Virus record (IMG/VR): IMGVR_UViG_3300007352_000398
DNA: 64,000 nucleotides
From: a virus
Reading direction: 5' to 3' (one strand)
Numbering within the stretch: the first letter of the stretch is position 1; every line of letters starts with the position of its first letter. Below are positions 30,940 through 40,309 of the stretch, piece after piece. Made by a program: the position numbers and the translations under genes. The notes under the pieces were generated by a model. It was not told the origin of the DNA and searched no databases. It saw only the letters and a list, made by a program, of their open reading frames with translations.

Positions 30940-31531
30940 TATACTTCGGTCTTATGATTTCTTGTTGAAGACGCGTTACAATTCCAACGAAGCCGGCCAC
31001 TTCTTCTTTTCCATTACATATTGGAAATGCATGGCATTTAACAAATGAAATTTCTGAAGACTTAATATTTTTCATTGTATATTCCATATGAAATGCGCGT
31101 TTTTGTATGACGGCATCTTTCCATTCATCAACAACTCGATCACGATCATCTTCATGTATTGCAATCACCCATCCATAATTTTTGGCTTCTTGTAAACTCA
31201 GTCCGGTTAAATTAGAGTAATATTGATTGATCCAGATGCACATCCCTGCGCTATCTGTCTCAAATATTCCAACATCCATCGCCATCGACATAGCACGTCT
31301 TGCTTGCTGCTCAATTAATAATCGAATCTCAATTCGATTTATTGCATCTCTTAAAGAGGTGCCTCCGTTTGGCTTAAATTCATCCTGTATCTTTTCAATT
31401 GTATCCAAGGCGGTCTTAACGCGCTTCAAGCCCTTAATTAGTGGTTTTACTAAATATCGGTAGCCACCATACACGGTACCGGCGGCACTTCCTATGCCTG
31501 CTATTAAAGTTAGGATGTCGATAAGAAGCAT
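30929..31531 (-). CDS. Membrane-anchored PAS-domain protein
   Basis: N-terminal TM, PNGGTSLRDAINRIE linker and PAS (IFETDSAG.CIWIN...GW..AIHEDDR.RV..EW). Confidence 0.8.
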   Translation of the reverse strand: MLLIDILTLIAGIGSAAGTVYGGYRYLVKPLIKGLKRVKTALDTIEKIQDEFKPNGGTSLRDAINRIEIRLLIEQQARRAMSMAMDVGIFETDSAGMCIWINQYYSNLTGLSLQEAKNYGWVIAIHEDDRDRVVDEWKDAVIQKRAFHMEYTMKNIKSSEISFVKCHAFPICNGKEEVAGFVGIVTRLQQEIIRPKYITN

Positions 31532-31576
31532 ATCTCTATTCTACACATTTATTGGAATAACATTGATTATTTTATT

Positions 31577-32023
31577 GTGCGTGTTATGATGGTATCGATG
31601 CATGTGCGCACACAATCTATCATTCAAAACCTCGGTTTAAGTATTGATGATACGATTGTATCGCCAAAAAATGTAAAAAATTTAGAATCTCTTGGACTTC
31701 CAAAATCCGCCATTGAACAAATTAAATTTTACGAAACGATTTCTTACAACCAGGAGCAAACACTATCGAAAACAGAGTGGGTAAATTGGCTCATTAAAAA
31801 ATGTCGAAAATCTTTAGCAGCTTTTGCAAAGAAAAAGATCCCAACAAAAATAATTTTTAGAGACGGCGATTGGACGATCTATAGTGAAGCTTACAATAAA
31901 GCAATTCTTAAGTTGCAAGAAGCCTGCAAATCTTATTTTGATGAATTCGCATCCAAGCAAATAAAGCTGTGTATCGTCATGCTCGATGATGACAAAATAC
32001 ACATTCGAGAATTAGAGGAATAA
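31577..32023 (+). CDS. Hypothetical protein
   Basis: 148-aa ORF; start uncertain. Confidence 0.5.
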   Translation: MRVMMVSMHVRTQSIIQNLGLSIDDTIVSPKNVKNLESLGLPKSAIEQIKFYETISYNQEQTLSKTEWVNWLIKKCRKSLAAFAKKKIPTKIIFRDGDWTIYSEAYNKAILKLQEACKSYFDEFASKQIKLCIVMLDDDKIHIRELEE

Positions 32024-32027
32024 TACC

Positions 32028-32291
32028 ATGGAAGAAGATTGGTCTGATGATTTTTATCATTGTCGTAAATGTCTTTCGACAAATCACCGACATATAATGG
32101 ATGGTTTTTGTCAAAAATGTTTTGATCAGCTTGAAGCGGATCCTAAAGTTCCAAATAAAACACAACGAAAATGTTTAAAATGTGGGCAATTGTTTTTGTC
32201 TGAAGGGCCAGGAAATCGTCGCTGTGAGAATTGCTTGCGCCGTGAAGCTTGTTATCATAGAGAAAGTCATAAAGTAAACGTTTCGATCTGA
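32028..32291 (+). CDS. Small double Zn-ribbon protein
   Basis: CRKC...CQKC and RKCLKCGQLFLSEGPGNRRCENC; GAGG SD. Confidence 0.7.
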   Translation: MEEDWSDDFYHCRKCLSTNHRHIMDGFCQKCFDQLEADPKVPNKTQRKCLKCGQLFLSEGPGNRRCENCLRREACYHRESHKVNVSI

Positions 32292-32298
32292 GACCTTT

Positions 32299-32457
32299 AT
32301 GCCTCGTCCACGTATAAATACGGGCGTTCAACGCCTTAAGATTCTTCGAAAATTGAACCTTCTCCCCCGGGAAGATGTTCATGACAAAGATATAAAAAAT
32401 TGTATTTGTGATTTGAAACGCTTGCTACTACGTGGCTGTACGTGCGGTGGTGTCTAA
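32299..32457 (+). CDS. 52-aa Cys-rich protein (not in ORF track)
   Basis: MPRPRINTG...KNCICDLKRLLLRGCTCGGV; fills the gap between co-oriented genes. Confidence 0.6.
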   Translation: MPRPRINTGVQRLKILRKLNLLPREDVHDKDIKNCICDLKRLLLRGCTCGGV

Positions 32458-32472
32458 ACAATCGAGGCTAAT

Positions 32473-33198
32473 ATGCGGTTATTTAGTTTTTGGTGGAAGA
32501 AACAGCAAGATCCTCCGGGAGTAGAGTTATTAGCCTCTCCAGAAGATGAAAATTTTAATAAGAACTCAAAAAAACTTGTTCAAAGATTTGATGAATACAT
32601 TACAGCAGCCGAACTTGAATCAGAAAATTTAAGTATTGAATTAGATGAGATTATAAATCACCAAGAGATAATACGTGATAAGATCAAAACTTTAAATAAA
32701 CCTAATTCATGGCATGAACGGCATCTACTACTCAAACTAGATAGATTAATCCTTCATGGAAAAAACTTGGAACAACGAATTGAAATTTTTGCGCAGAATA
32801 TTCGTGTTTATCTAAACCTGATGGGTAAAGTCCAACACATTCGAGCAATGCGAATGAACGGTCTTGAAGACGAGAAAATAGAACATATCTGGTTAGAATT
32901 TCAGAGTGCTCTTGAGCAATACCGCCAAAAAATTGCGACAGAAGGAGCTGCTGATACAAAAGACACTGTAACTGCAGAAACTCAGGAAGATCGTCTTAAG
33001 ACGCTTCGCTTAGAACTTTTTCCAGATCAATCATTTGAAACTACTGAGTCTGATGTTTCTGAAGCAACAATCGAACCTGTGGCGTTACAACGTCCTCCTC
33101 TTGAAGAAGCTATTCATTCCTTTAGAAAAGAAGAGGAGCAAGAACTTTTAAAGGATGTTGAAGAGTATCTTGGAAAATACAAACTAGAGGCAGAATGA
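32473..33198 (+). CDS. Coiled-coil protein, possibly PspA/ESCRT-III-like
   Basis: Amphipathic N-terminus MRLFSFWWKK, long helical hairpin and acidic disordered C-terminus. Confidence 0.55.
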   Translation: MRLFSFWWKKQQDPPGVELLASPEDENFNKNSKKLVQRFDEYITAAELESENLSIELDEIINHQEIIRDKIKTLNKPNSWHERHLLLKLDRLILHGKNLEQRIEIFAQNIRVYLNLMGKVQHIRAMRMNGLEDEKIEHIWLEFQSALEQYRQKIATEGAADTKDTVTAETQEDRLKTLRLELFPDQSFETTESDVSEATIEPVALQRPPLEEAIHSFRKEEEQELLKDVEEYLGKYKLEAE

Positions 33199-33767
33199 TT
33201 GTCGTACAAGGATCATCCGTAATATTATCATCTCCTGATTCTCCAGAACTTTATTCATATATTGGAAGAAAGTTTGTTGTTCAAGAAATTTACCACTTTC
33301 GCCATCCGATAACCGTTAGAATTGGCGATAATCATTTAAGCATTGTTGTTCCCATTAAGGCACTAGAAGTGCTGCCACCAGAAACATCTATTTTAAAACA
33401 TAATCAGCAAATAAAGATAATTAAATCGTACAAACGTGATCTTATTAATGATTATCGAAAGGATTTAATAGGAAAAAGAGGAACTATTCGCAGTTTTGAT
33501 CAAAAAAATGGTTACTTTTTAGTAAAAACATTTGATGGTGAAAGTGGGTGGTTTCCACTAGAATGTTTATACCCTTTAGACTATAAAGGTGATATTTTTT
33601 ACTATCCTTTACAAACTGTATCCCACAACGGCCAAACATTTCGCATTGACGCAATTAAGAATACGAAATTCGGAAATGGCCAACTCCTCCAGCTAGCAGG
33701 TGAGTGGATACCATCTTCAGACGTGCTTCCAGTGTACCCAACACATCAAAATACAAACTCCAACTAG
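33195..33767 (+). CDS. Hypothetical protein with tandem SH3/KOW-like beta domains
   Basis: IGKRGTIRSFD...FLVKTFDGESGWFPLECL and two similar segments; ATGA coupling. Confidence 0.5.
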   Translation: MIVVQGSSVILSSPDSPELYSYIGRKFVVQEIYHFRHPITVRIGDNHLSIVVPIKALEVLPPETSILKHNQQIKIIKSYKRDLINDYRKDLIGKRGTIRSFDQKNGYFLVKTFDGESGWFPLECLYPLDYKGDIFYYPLQTVSHNGQTFRIDAIKNTKFGNGQLLQLAGEWIPSSDVLPVYPTHQNTNSN

Positions 33768-33818
33768 CCTTGCGCACGAATTCTATTTGTTTAGAATGTC
33801 TGTGGAGTTTAAGTCTAC

Positions 33819-34136
33819 GTGGCATCAACCTTCGACATTGGAAACGTTTATTCAGAGGCAAGTGGTAACAGCAAAACGTATTATGTTGCAGTAAGTGAGA
33901 CAACCCTAGTCACTTACCGCAACGGAACGTTTGGTACCTACACTACAAGGAGAAAACATCACTCGCTAGAACATATTTCTGTTAAGAAATTATGTAAAAC
34001 TTGGAGGATTTCCGTTGATTACCTAGATCATCAAATGTCACGATATTTTTCTCCAGACGATGAAGCTGTCGAACGTGCGCGTAGAGATAAAGATGCAGAG
34101 AAAGAAGCTGCCCTAGAACTAGTTACTACTGATTAA
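33819..34136 (+). CDS. Hypothetical protein
   Basis: GTG start preceded by GGAG; fills the gap. Confidence 0.55.
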   Translation: MASTFDIGNVYSEASGNSKTYYVAVSETTLVTYRNGTFGTYTTRRKHHSLEHISVKKLCKTWRISVDYLDHQMSRYFSPDDEAVERARRDKDAEKEAALELVTTD

Positions 34137-34150
34137 AAATGGAGTTATGA

Positions 34151-34179
34151 TTGACATTCGTTTAAATATCGAGTACCAT
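34151..34179 (+). promoter_or_regulatory. sigma70 promoter
   Basis: TTGACA, 17-nt spacer, TACCAT upstream of 34189. Confidence 0.7.
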
Positions 34180-34188
34180 TTATAGTAT

Positions 34189-34635
34189 ATGGCCACTAAA
34201 GCATTTAAAGTGGATACGCCAACTTTAGAAAAATTATCGGAGTTGGTTTCTTTAAAAGGCGAAGAGGCAATCTCAAGCGCATTAATCAAATTTGTTGATG
34301 ACTACTATTTAAAAGATCAAGCTAAACATGAACTATTTATAACAACGGCACCTAATTGTCAAGTATTACCAAAAAAACAATATCGCAAACAATTAAAGCA
34401 AGAATTAGGCTCTGGCCCATATACAGTGGTTAAGCAAATTAAATCTATAACAAATCAGTCTGAAGGGTTGTACAAATTAGAAACATCTAACGAATATTAT
34501 CCGGTTTCGTGGTTTGACCTGGCACCTGAACCTTCTATTAAGTATGTTGCATTGAGTGGAATCTCATTTGCAGTGTTGGTTTTATCTAATCTGATTCAAT
34601 TAGCTTGTATAATTTCGCTTGCCTTAATGTTATAA
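34189..34635 (+). CDS. Hypothetical protein, RHH-like N-terminus and C-terminal TM
   Basis: AFKVDTPTLEKLSELV..., KOW-like middle and hydrophobic C-terminus. Confidence 0.55.
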   Translation: MATKAFKVDTPTLEKLSELVSLKGEEAISSALIKFVDDYYLKDQAKHELFITTAPNCQVLPKKQYRKQLKQELGSGPYTVVKQIKSITNQSEGLYKLETSNEYYPVSWFDLAPEPSIKYVALSGISFAVLVLSNLIQLACIISLALML

Positions 34636-34642
34636 TGATAAT

Positions 34643-35050
34643 ATGCGTCGTTTGTTTGCTGAATTACCTAGCGATTTAGACGTTCAAGATGAAACGATGG
34701 GACCACCCCCAAGTTGGTTTCCAGCAAGACATTATGTAAGCTCAAATCTTGATCCTTCTTTATTTCCATGGTATTCACCAGCATTTTACGGTCTTGGCGA
34801 TCGGGAGCAAGAAGTAGAAGTTAATCCTGTAGAAGTTCTCCAAGAATTAAAATTCAAACAAGAAATGCCAAAGAGAATACCTGTTATTGCAAGTCGCTAC
34901 ACAGAGATTGACCCTCTATCTCCGATGTTTAGACAATACCGACCAAAATATGGCTACGGCGACTTCACTGCTGAAGACGGCAAAGTTTTAGTAAAAGTGT
35001 TAGTTGCTATATCCGCGATTTATTACTTTCTCTTACGTAAGAAGCGATAG
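34643..35050 (+). CDS. Tail-anchored protein
   Basis: YGLGD and YGYGD motifs, C-terminal TM plus RKKR; TATAAT lies 6 nt upstream. Confidence 0.7.
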   Translation: MRRLFAELPSDLDVQDETMGPPPSWFPARHYVSSNLDPSLFPWYSPAFYGLGDREQEVEVNPVEVLQELKFKQEMPKRIPVIASRYTEIDPLSPMFRQYRPKYGYGDFTAEDGKVLVKVLVAISAIYYFLLRKKR

Positions 35051-35101
35051 CTTCTCTTGACTCTAGAAATGTTTTAGCTAAAGTTTCCTTAGCCTAAAAA
35101 A

Positions 35102-35392
35102 ATGGCAAGGAGAAATGAAATGCCTTTTAATCGAATCGTAGTTCCCCCAACCGACCTTGCGTCTTTCCTGCGCGTTGAAGACCGTTCGGAGTTGAGCTTC
35201 ACTCAACTTCAATCGATTCTTTACGATCGCTTGTACCGCTCAGGTTCAGTTCGACACCTAGATGGCTCACGGGCCCGCCGTCGTCGAGCCAGAAACCGTC
35301 GTCGTGGTGCAACCCAACCACAAGTTCGAAGCCGTCGTAATCGTCAAACTAACGCGCGCCGAAATACTCGTCAAAGCGTTCGGAGTCGTTAA
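35102..35392 (+). CDS. Small basic protein, SWIB/MDM2-like N-terminus plus Arg-rich tail
   Basis: PFNRIVVPPTDLASFL...ELSFTQLQSILYD resembles SWIB; followed by a terminator. Confidence 0.5.
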   Translation: MARRNEMPFNRIVVPPTDLASFLRVEDRSELSFTQLQSILYDRLYRSGSVRHLDGSRARRRRARNRRRGATQPQVRSRRNRQTNARRNTRQSVRSR

Positions 35393-35399
35393 TTCTTAT

Positions 35400-35425
35400 C
35401 ACCCCTGCCTTGCAGGGGTGTTTTT
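35400..35425 (+). terminator. Intrinsic terminator
   Basis: CACCCCTGC-CTT-GCAGGGGTG-TTTTT. Confidence 0.8.
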
Positions 35426-35435
35426 ATGTACACTC

Positions 35436-36269
35436 ATGAAGATAGAAATAGTTTGTAATCGATCTGGCATCTACGGCGGATTACGCCGTTTATATTTTAT
35501 TGCGTCCTACTTACTCGAAGGTGGGCACACAGTTGCAATAAATTTCGCAGATAAATCGTCTAATTCATGGTTTAAACATGATATCCCTGAGAATATAGAA
35601 ATCGTCCCTGATGTCAGAATTTGCCCAGAAACATATCAATGTTTACATCCAACAGCAATAAATATTTTGTATGTTCAGGCTCAATTTGACCCCCCTGAAC
35701 ACATCTTTGATAAAATCATCACGACGACAGATTATTTAGTAGACGTTATATCTGCGGATGGCTATACAATAGATTATTGTATCCCTTACGGGTTTGATGG
35801 GAGTGTGTTTAAACCAGCACCGGAAAAAAGAATAAACACACGTGTGGGTTACATGCCAAGAAAAAATAAAGAAGAGGTGAACTTAATAAAATCACTCCTG
35901 CCTATGAACCTAGAAATAGAGTTCTATCCCATCGACGGTTTATCAGAAGAGGGAGTTGTAAACGCCTTACAAAGTTGTAACCTCTTTCTTGCCATATCCC
36001 CAAAAGAGGGATTTGGTTGTCCTCCATTCGAAGCTAGCCTCTGCGGTTGTTTAATAATTGGTTATCACGGATATGGTGGGAAAAAATGGCTCACAGGAGA
36101 AGCGATAGTGCCAACCAAAAATCCACAAGAATTCGTTCCTGCTATCATAGGGGCTCTAAACGGTGTTTTTGAAGAAAAACGACATAAATTATATAAATTG
36201 ATATCCGACGAATTAACGTTAGAGAAAGAAAAAAAGGCATGGTTAAATGTCATAAATGCTTTCAAGTAA
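35436..36269 (+). CDS. GT-B (family 4-like) glycosyltransferase (start revised to ATG 35436)
   Basis: MKIEIV...GG.RRLYFIASYL, VGYMPRK and EGFGCPPFEASLCGC. Confidence 0.75.
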   Translation: MKIEIVCNRSGIYGGLRRLYFIASYLLEGGHTVAINFADKSSNSWFKHDIPENIEIVPDVRICPETYQCLHPTAINILYVQAQFDPPEHIFDKIITTTDYLVDVISADGYTIDYCIPYGFDGSVFKPAPEKRINTRVGYMPRKNKEEVNLIKSLLPMNLEIEFYPIDGLSEEGVVNALQSCNLFLAISPKEGFGCPPFEASLCGCLIIGYHGYGGKKWLTGEAIVPTKNPQEFVPAIIGALNGVFEEKRHKLYKLISDELTLEKEKKAWLNVINAFK

Positions 36270-36930
36270 AATCATTTTTGGTGATGCATATCAGCATATT
36301 TCAACACTTCCGGATAATTTTTTTCGCTTAGTGTTAGCGGATCCTCCTTACGTAGTGAGTCGTAAGAATAATTATAAAACCATTGCCAGGAAAGGAGTAG
36401 ACTTTGGAAAATGGGATCATGAGTTTGATCAATTAACATGGACTACACTAGTAACACCAAAATTAGTTAAAGGGGGTTCTCTAATAATTTGGAATGATTG
36501 GAAAAAATTGGGTTCCATCGCTGAACATCTAAGCTCCTTAGGATTATCTGTTAAGCGTTTCTTAACATGGAGAAAAACCAACCCCTCGCCTTTCAATATG
36601 GATCGAGTTTTTTTACAAGGAACTGAGCATGCATTATGGGCCGTCAAACCTGGCAAATGGGTATTTAATGGTTCATATCATTCAGGCGTCTTTGATCATA
36701 GTGTACAACATAGCTCTCATCCCAATAAGAAACCAGATAAAATCTTTGAGGATTTAATTACATTGCTTACTAATGAAAATGATTGGGTTCTAGATCCCTT
36801 CTGTGGCTCAGGAACAACTGCTATGGCTTGCAAAAAACTAAATAGAAATTATATTTGTATGGAGAACGATCCTGTCTATTTTGATTTAGCAATGGACGCA
36901 ATGAATGCTCCCAAATCTCCAAATAAGTGA
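36256..36930 (+). CDS. N6A/N4C DNA methyltransferase (beta class)
   Basis: LADPPY before VLDPFCGSGTT; HPNKKP. Confidence 0.9.
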   Translation: MLSSKIIFGDAYQHISTLPDNFFRLVLADPPYVVSRKNNYKTIARKGVDFGKWDHEFDQLTWTTLVTPKLVKGGSLIIWNDWKKLGSIAEHLSSLGLSVKRFLTWRKTNPSPFNMDRVFLQGTEHALWAVKPGKWVFNGSYHSGVFDHSVQHSSHPNKKPDKIFEDLITLLTNENDWVLDPFCGSGTTAMACKKLNRNYICMENDPVYFDLAMDAMNAPKSPNK

Positions 36931-37162
36931 AAAACTAAAACTTGGACTAGATGAGATTTATTTAGAGTTTTTAACTAATTTATACTGGAGCACTGCACGT
37001 GTGAATAAACTGACTACAGCCAACGAAACTTGGTTTCTAAGTGAAATAGGATACTACCTCCCCACAATCTATCCAAATCGCAGTCATGATGAATACATAA
37101 AAATATTGCAACAGATCGTTGATATAGCGATTAAAAATAAAGACGATAACATTCAGAAATGA
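36905..37162 (+). CDS. Hypothetical protein
   Basis: 85-aa ORF coupled (ATGA) to the next gene. Confidence 0.5.
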   Translation: MLPNLQISEKLKLGLDEIYLEFLTNLYWSTARVNKLTTANETWFLSEIGYYLPTIYPNRSHDEYIKILQQIVDIAIKNKDDNIQK

Positions 37163-38151
37163 AATTTCTATTAACTGGAGCGTGTGGGTTTATTGGTTCG
37201 AATGTTGCGCTTAATTTATTAAATGAAGGACATACGATACTTAATCTAGACAAGCTTACTTATGCCGCGAACACTAAAGATTTTAAATCAATTAATTACA
37301 ACCTTATACATATAGATATTTCAAAACTCTGGGATTATCCACTCGTTATTGATCAAATAAAAGAATTCCAGCCAGATTATGTCATACACTTTGCTGCCGA
37401 AAGTATGGTGGATCGTAGCTTAGCAAACAACCGAGTGTTTTTCGATAGTAATGTCATTGGAACTTGGGCAATACTTGAACTACTAAAGATTTTGCCTATA
37501 AAAAAAGCGATTTTTTTCTCAACAGATGAAGTTTATGGATCTCTTCATCACGCATTAGAAGATCCGACACTTGGCAATAAGTTTTATCGTGGATTTCGTG
37601 AAACAGAACGTGTCGATCCAAGGAACCCCTATGCTGGGAGTAAAGCTGCCGCTGACCAAATAACTATTAGTTACACTCATAATTTTAATCTCCCTATTTG
37701 TATTGTAAGACCAACTAACAATTATGGCCCACGACAAGATAAAGAAAAATTTATACCAAAAGCTATAACTAATATTTTACTAAGACGCAAGGTTCCAATT
37801 TTTGGCAGCGGAAACTACTATCGTGAATGGCTCTACGTTGACGACACATATACTGCGTTAAATGTTATTTTAGAAAAGGGACGGCTTGGTATGGTCTATA
37901 ACATAGGATCAGCTAATAGATGTTCTAATCTGACACTTTTAGAGACTATATGCGAACTATTAAATACACCACACGAAACCCCACTTGTAGCGTTTAACGA
38001 CGTGATTGAACATGTTACAGACAGACAAGGTCACGATGTAGCCTATGCCGTAGACTCTACTGCTATACGTAATCTTGGTTGGGAACCAAAGACCACTTTA
38101 CGAGACGGTTTGGCTTCGACAATCAACTATTATTGGCATTTACTTCAATGA
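37159..38151 (+). CDS. rfbB: dTDP-glucose 4,6-dehydratase
   Basis: TGACGFIGSN, DKLTYAA, HFAAESMVDRS, STDEVYG, YAGSK, NNYGP.Q.KEKFIP and DRQGHD..YA. Confidence 0.92.
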   Translation: MKFLLTGACGFIGSNVALNLLNEGHTILNLDKLTYAANTKDFKSINYNLIHIDISKLWDYPLVIDQIKEFQPDYVIHFAAESMVDRSLANNRVFFDSNVIGTWAILELLKILPIKKAIFFSTDEVYGSLHHALEDPTLGNKFYRGFRETERVDPRNPYAGSKAAADQITISYTHNFNLPICIVRPTNNYGPRQDKEKFIPKAITNILLRRKVPIFGSGNYYREWLYVDDTYTALNVILEKGRLGMVYNIGSANRCSNLTLLETICELLNTPHETPLVAFNDVIEHVTDRQGHDVAYAVDSTAIRNLGWEPKTTLRDGLASTINYYWHLLQ

Positions 38152-38170
38152 CTTGCTATAATTTCTATAA

Positions 38171-38659
38171 ATGGTACGTTCTTATTTTGGTCAAACTACT
38201 CCTATAGTCAATGCTCCAGCCCCGGGCACAGTTGTCTATCAAAATACTGCTGTCGTGCCGTCTGTGTACTTACCTTACTCTAGTACTAGATTCCTGCGCC
38301 GCCTTGAAAGTCAACCGGGTCAACCATATATTATGGCGACTACGGGGGAAGAGCTTGAACGCGCCATTTATAAAGATATTCCTCTTAACGGGCCTTCAGC
38401 TGCTCCTCCCGCAGAAGGAACTGAACCACAGAAAATAGTAACCTTAAAATCTGGACTTGAAGTGCCGACTGAACTGCTTCAGCGCGACGTAGAAAGAAAA
38501 AAAGCTGCTGCGACTGAAGCTGATCTGCTTGCCAAAACAAAGCCATCTCTATTACTACAAGTTGGACATTTTGCCAGCTCACACCCAGCTCAGGCCACAG
38601 TGATTGCCCTCGCAATTGGTGCAGCGATTGGCAGTATCTTTTTTGATGTTCAACATTAA
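38171..38659 (+). CDS. Tail-anchored protein
   Basis: MVRSYFGQ N-terminus and C-terminal TM. Confidence 0.7.
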   Translation: MVRSYFGQTTPIVNAPAPGTVVYQNTAVVPSVYLPYSSTRFLRRLESQPGQPYIMATTGEELERAIYKDIPLNGPSAAPPAEGTEPQKIVTLKSGLEVPTELLQRDVERKKAAATEADLLAKTKPSLLLQVGHFASSHPAQATVIALAIGAAIGSIFFDVQH

Positions 38660-38695
38660 ACATACAGTTTCTGATATAATTATCATGAGGGTATT

Positions 38696-39928
38696 ATGTA
38701 CCAGAAACCATTCGGCTCAATATTTGCCGCAGATATAACACCAACTCCAGAGTTACCTCCAACCGAGATCGAAGTCAAAAAAATAGAGCAAGAAATTGCG
38801 ACGCCTCCTCCACTCAAACCACTCTTCGACCACACGGCTCCGCAATTTAAAGCAGCTGTAACAGTCACTACTGCGGATCCGGAGATAAAACTTGCACAGG
38901 CTAGTCTCCTGTCCAATAAAGCCAAACTTCAACTTGAAGCGTTTCAACGGATACTTAGAAAAACTAAGTCGCGCATCAAAAATGCACAAATCTATAAAGC
39001 AACTCTTTCAGAACTTGCTCAGCTACCTCCTAATAAACAAAACGAGTTAGAAACATTTTTTTCTGGGTATGCAGAAAAAATAAAGCAACTTGCAAAGGCA
39101 CTAGAACTTAATGACATCTCTCAGGAGTTTGCTGAAGCAGCAAAAGCTCTTGATTTAGAAATTCAGCAATGGGATGAAATAAAACAAACTAAAGGCAAAC
39201 GCCAACTGCGCATTTTTAGACCAACAGAAGTTATTGTTAAAGACACTCCTCCGAATGAGTCCTCCTTGCCTATATTCAAGGGTAAGCCATTCCCTATGGA
39301 TAAAATAGCGCGCTTAAATAAACAAGGGGTAGCCATTGCAAAGGGTTACGACGGTCTTGGAGAGAGTTACTATCAAAAATTCGCAAAACAGCAACCCAGC
39401 ACAGCGTCTCTAAAAGAGAGACGAATTAAGGGTTTCGAGCGGGGAGATTTCCGTCGCGGCATAGAAAAGAATGTGCTATCTGCCAAAGAGTATCAATGGC
39501 AAATTGCCGAAACACAGCGTGATATCAACTCAGAACTTTTGGAATATAACAAAATTCAAGCTGAGGCAGACGCACTCAGTAAGAAAATTTTAGAAATAAA
39601 CCCCGATCTTACAAAAACGATTGCGGGGTTGGGAGTTCTCAGTCTTTATTCGCCTAAAAATATGATGATTCGTCCTCTTCTCGATGCTGTAACTTCTGCG
39701 GTAACTACACCCTCGCAACTTGGAGAAACTCCAGAGGCAGTATTAAATACAACAGTAGCAACAACACAGGCAGCCCTTAAAGAATTACAAACTCGTGAAA
39801 AGGTACTTGACACTCTAGTTGATAAGGTGCTAGAGCCTAAAAAATCGACCATACCAAGTTTCTCCAAAAATTGGCTATTACTAGGAGCACTTGTGTTATT
39901 CTTTATCTGGCTGAGAAGGGGTGAATAA
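38696..39928 (+). CDS. Large coiled-coil tail-anchored protein
   Basis: MYQKPFG, several coiled coils and C-terminal TM plus RR. Confidence 0.75.
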   Translation: MYQKPFGSIFAADITPTPELPPTEIEVKKIEQEIATPPPLKPLFDHTAPQFKAAVTVTTADPEIKLAQASLLSNKAKLQLEAFQRILRKTKSRIKNAQIYKATLSELAQLPPNKQNELETFFSGYAEKIKQLAKALELNDISQEFAEAAKALDLEIQQWDEIKQTKGKRQLRIFRPTEVIVKDTPPNESSLPIFKGKPFPMDKIARLNKQGVAIAKGYDGLGESYYQKFAKQQPSTASLKERRIKGFERGDFRRGIEKNVLSAKEYQWQIAETQRDINSELLEYNKIQAEADALSKKILEINPDLTKTIAGLGVLSLYSPKNMMIRPLLDAVTSAVTTPSQLGETPEAVLNTTVATTQAALKELQTREKVLDTLVDKVLEPKKSTIPSFSKNWLLLGALVLFFIWLRRGE

Positions 39929-40308
39929 TGGCCTACGAAACGATTAAAAACCAGCCGAACAGACTAGGAGAATTTGAGGGTTCTGATGGGGTAGACTACA
40001 TCAATGCTGTTGGCAGTATCATCACAGGTGTTGTAGGTTCAGTCTATGACTATAAAAAAGTTGCTCGACAATCCAAGGATACACGCGCTGTTGCAATTAA
40101 TGAAACGATCGAGGCAACAAAAAAACTTGGGCTCCAAGTGTCCGGTACTACCGAGCAAGCACGTATTGCAGCTGAACAGGCCAAAACTAAATATCGAACA
40201 ATTCCTGTAGTTGTAGCAGCCAGCGGCACTATTGTCGTAGGGGTAATTCTAGCCAGTGCTTGGGCATATAATAAAATAGTCGGAGACTACGAAATCGAAT
40301 ACCAATAA
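39928..40308 (+). CDS. Membrane protein, Gly-rich amphipathic helix plus C-terminal TM
   Basis: RLGEFEG, YINAVGSIITGVVGSV and TM IPVVVAASGTIVVGVILASAW. Confidence 0.7.
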   Translation: MAYETIKNQPNRLGEFEGSDGVDYINAVGSIITGVVGSVYDYKKVARQSKDTRAVAINETIEATKKLGLQVSGTTEQARIAAEQAKTKYRTIPVVVAASGTIVVGVILASAWAYNKIVGDYEIEYQ

Positions 40309-40309
40309 T

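Noticed and set aside
32143-32382. 79-aa minus-strand ORF
   Set aside because: Antisense to two plus-strand genes (Zn-ribbon and the 52-aa Cys protein) that have better motifs and operon context.
35262-35435. N-terminal extension of the GT-B gene as given in the ORF track
   Set aside because: It overlaps the SWIB-like gene and crosses a terminator; ATG 35436 gives a typical GT N-terminus.
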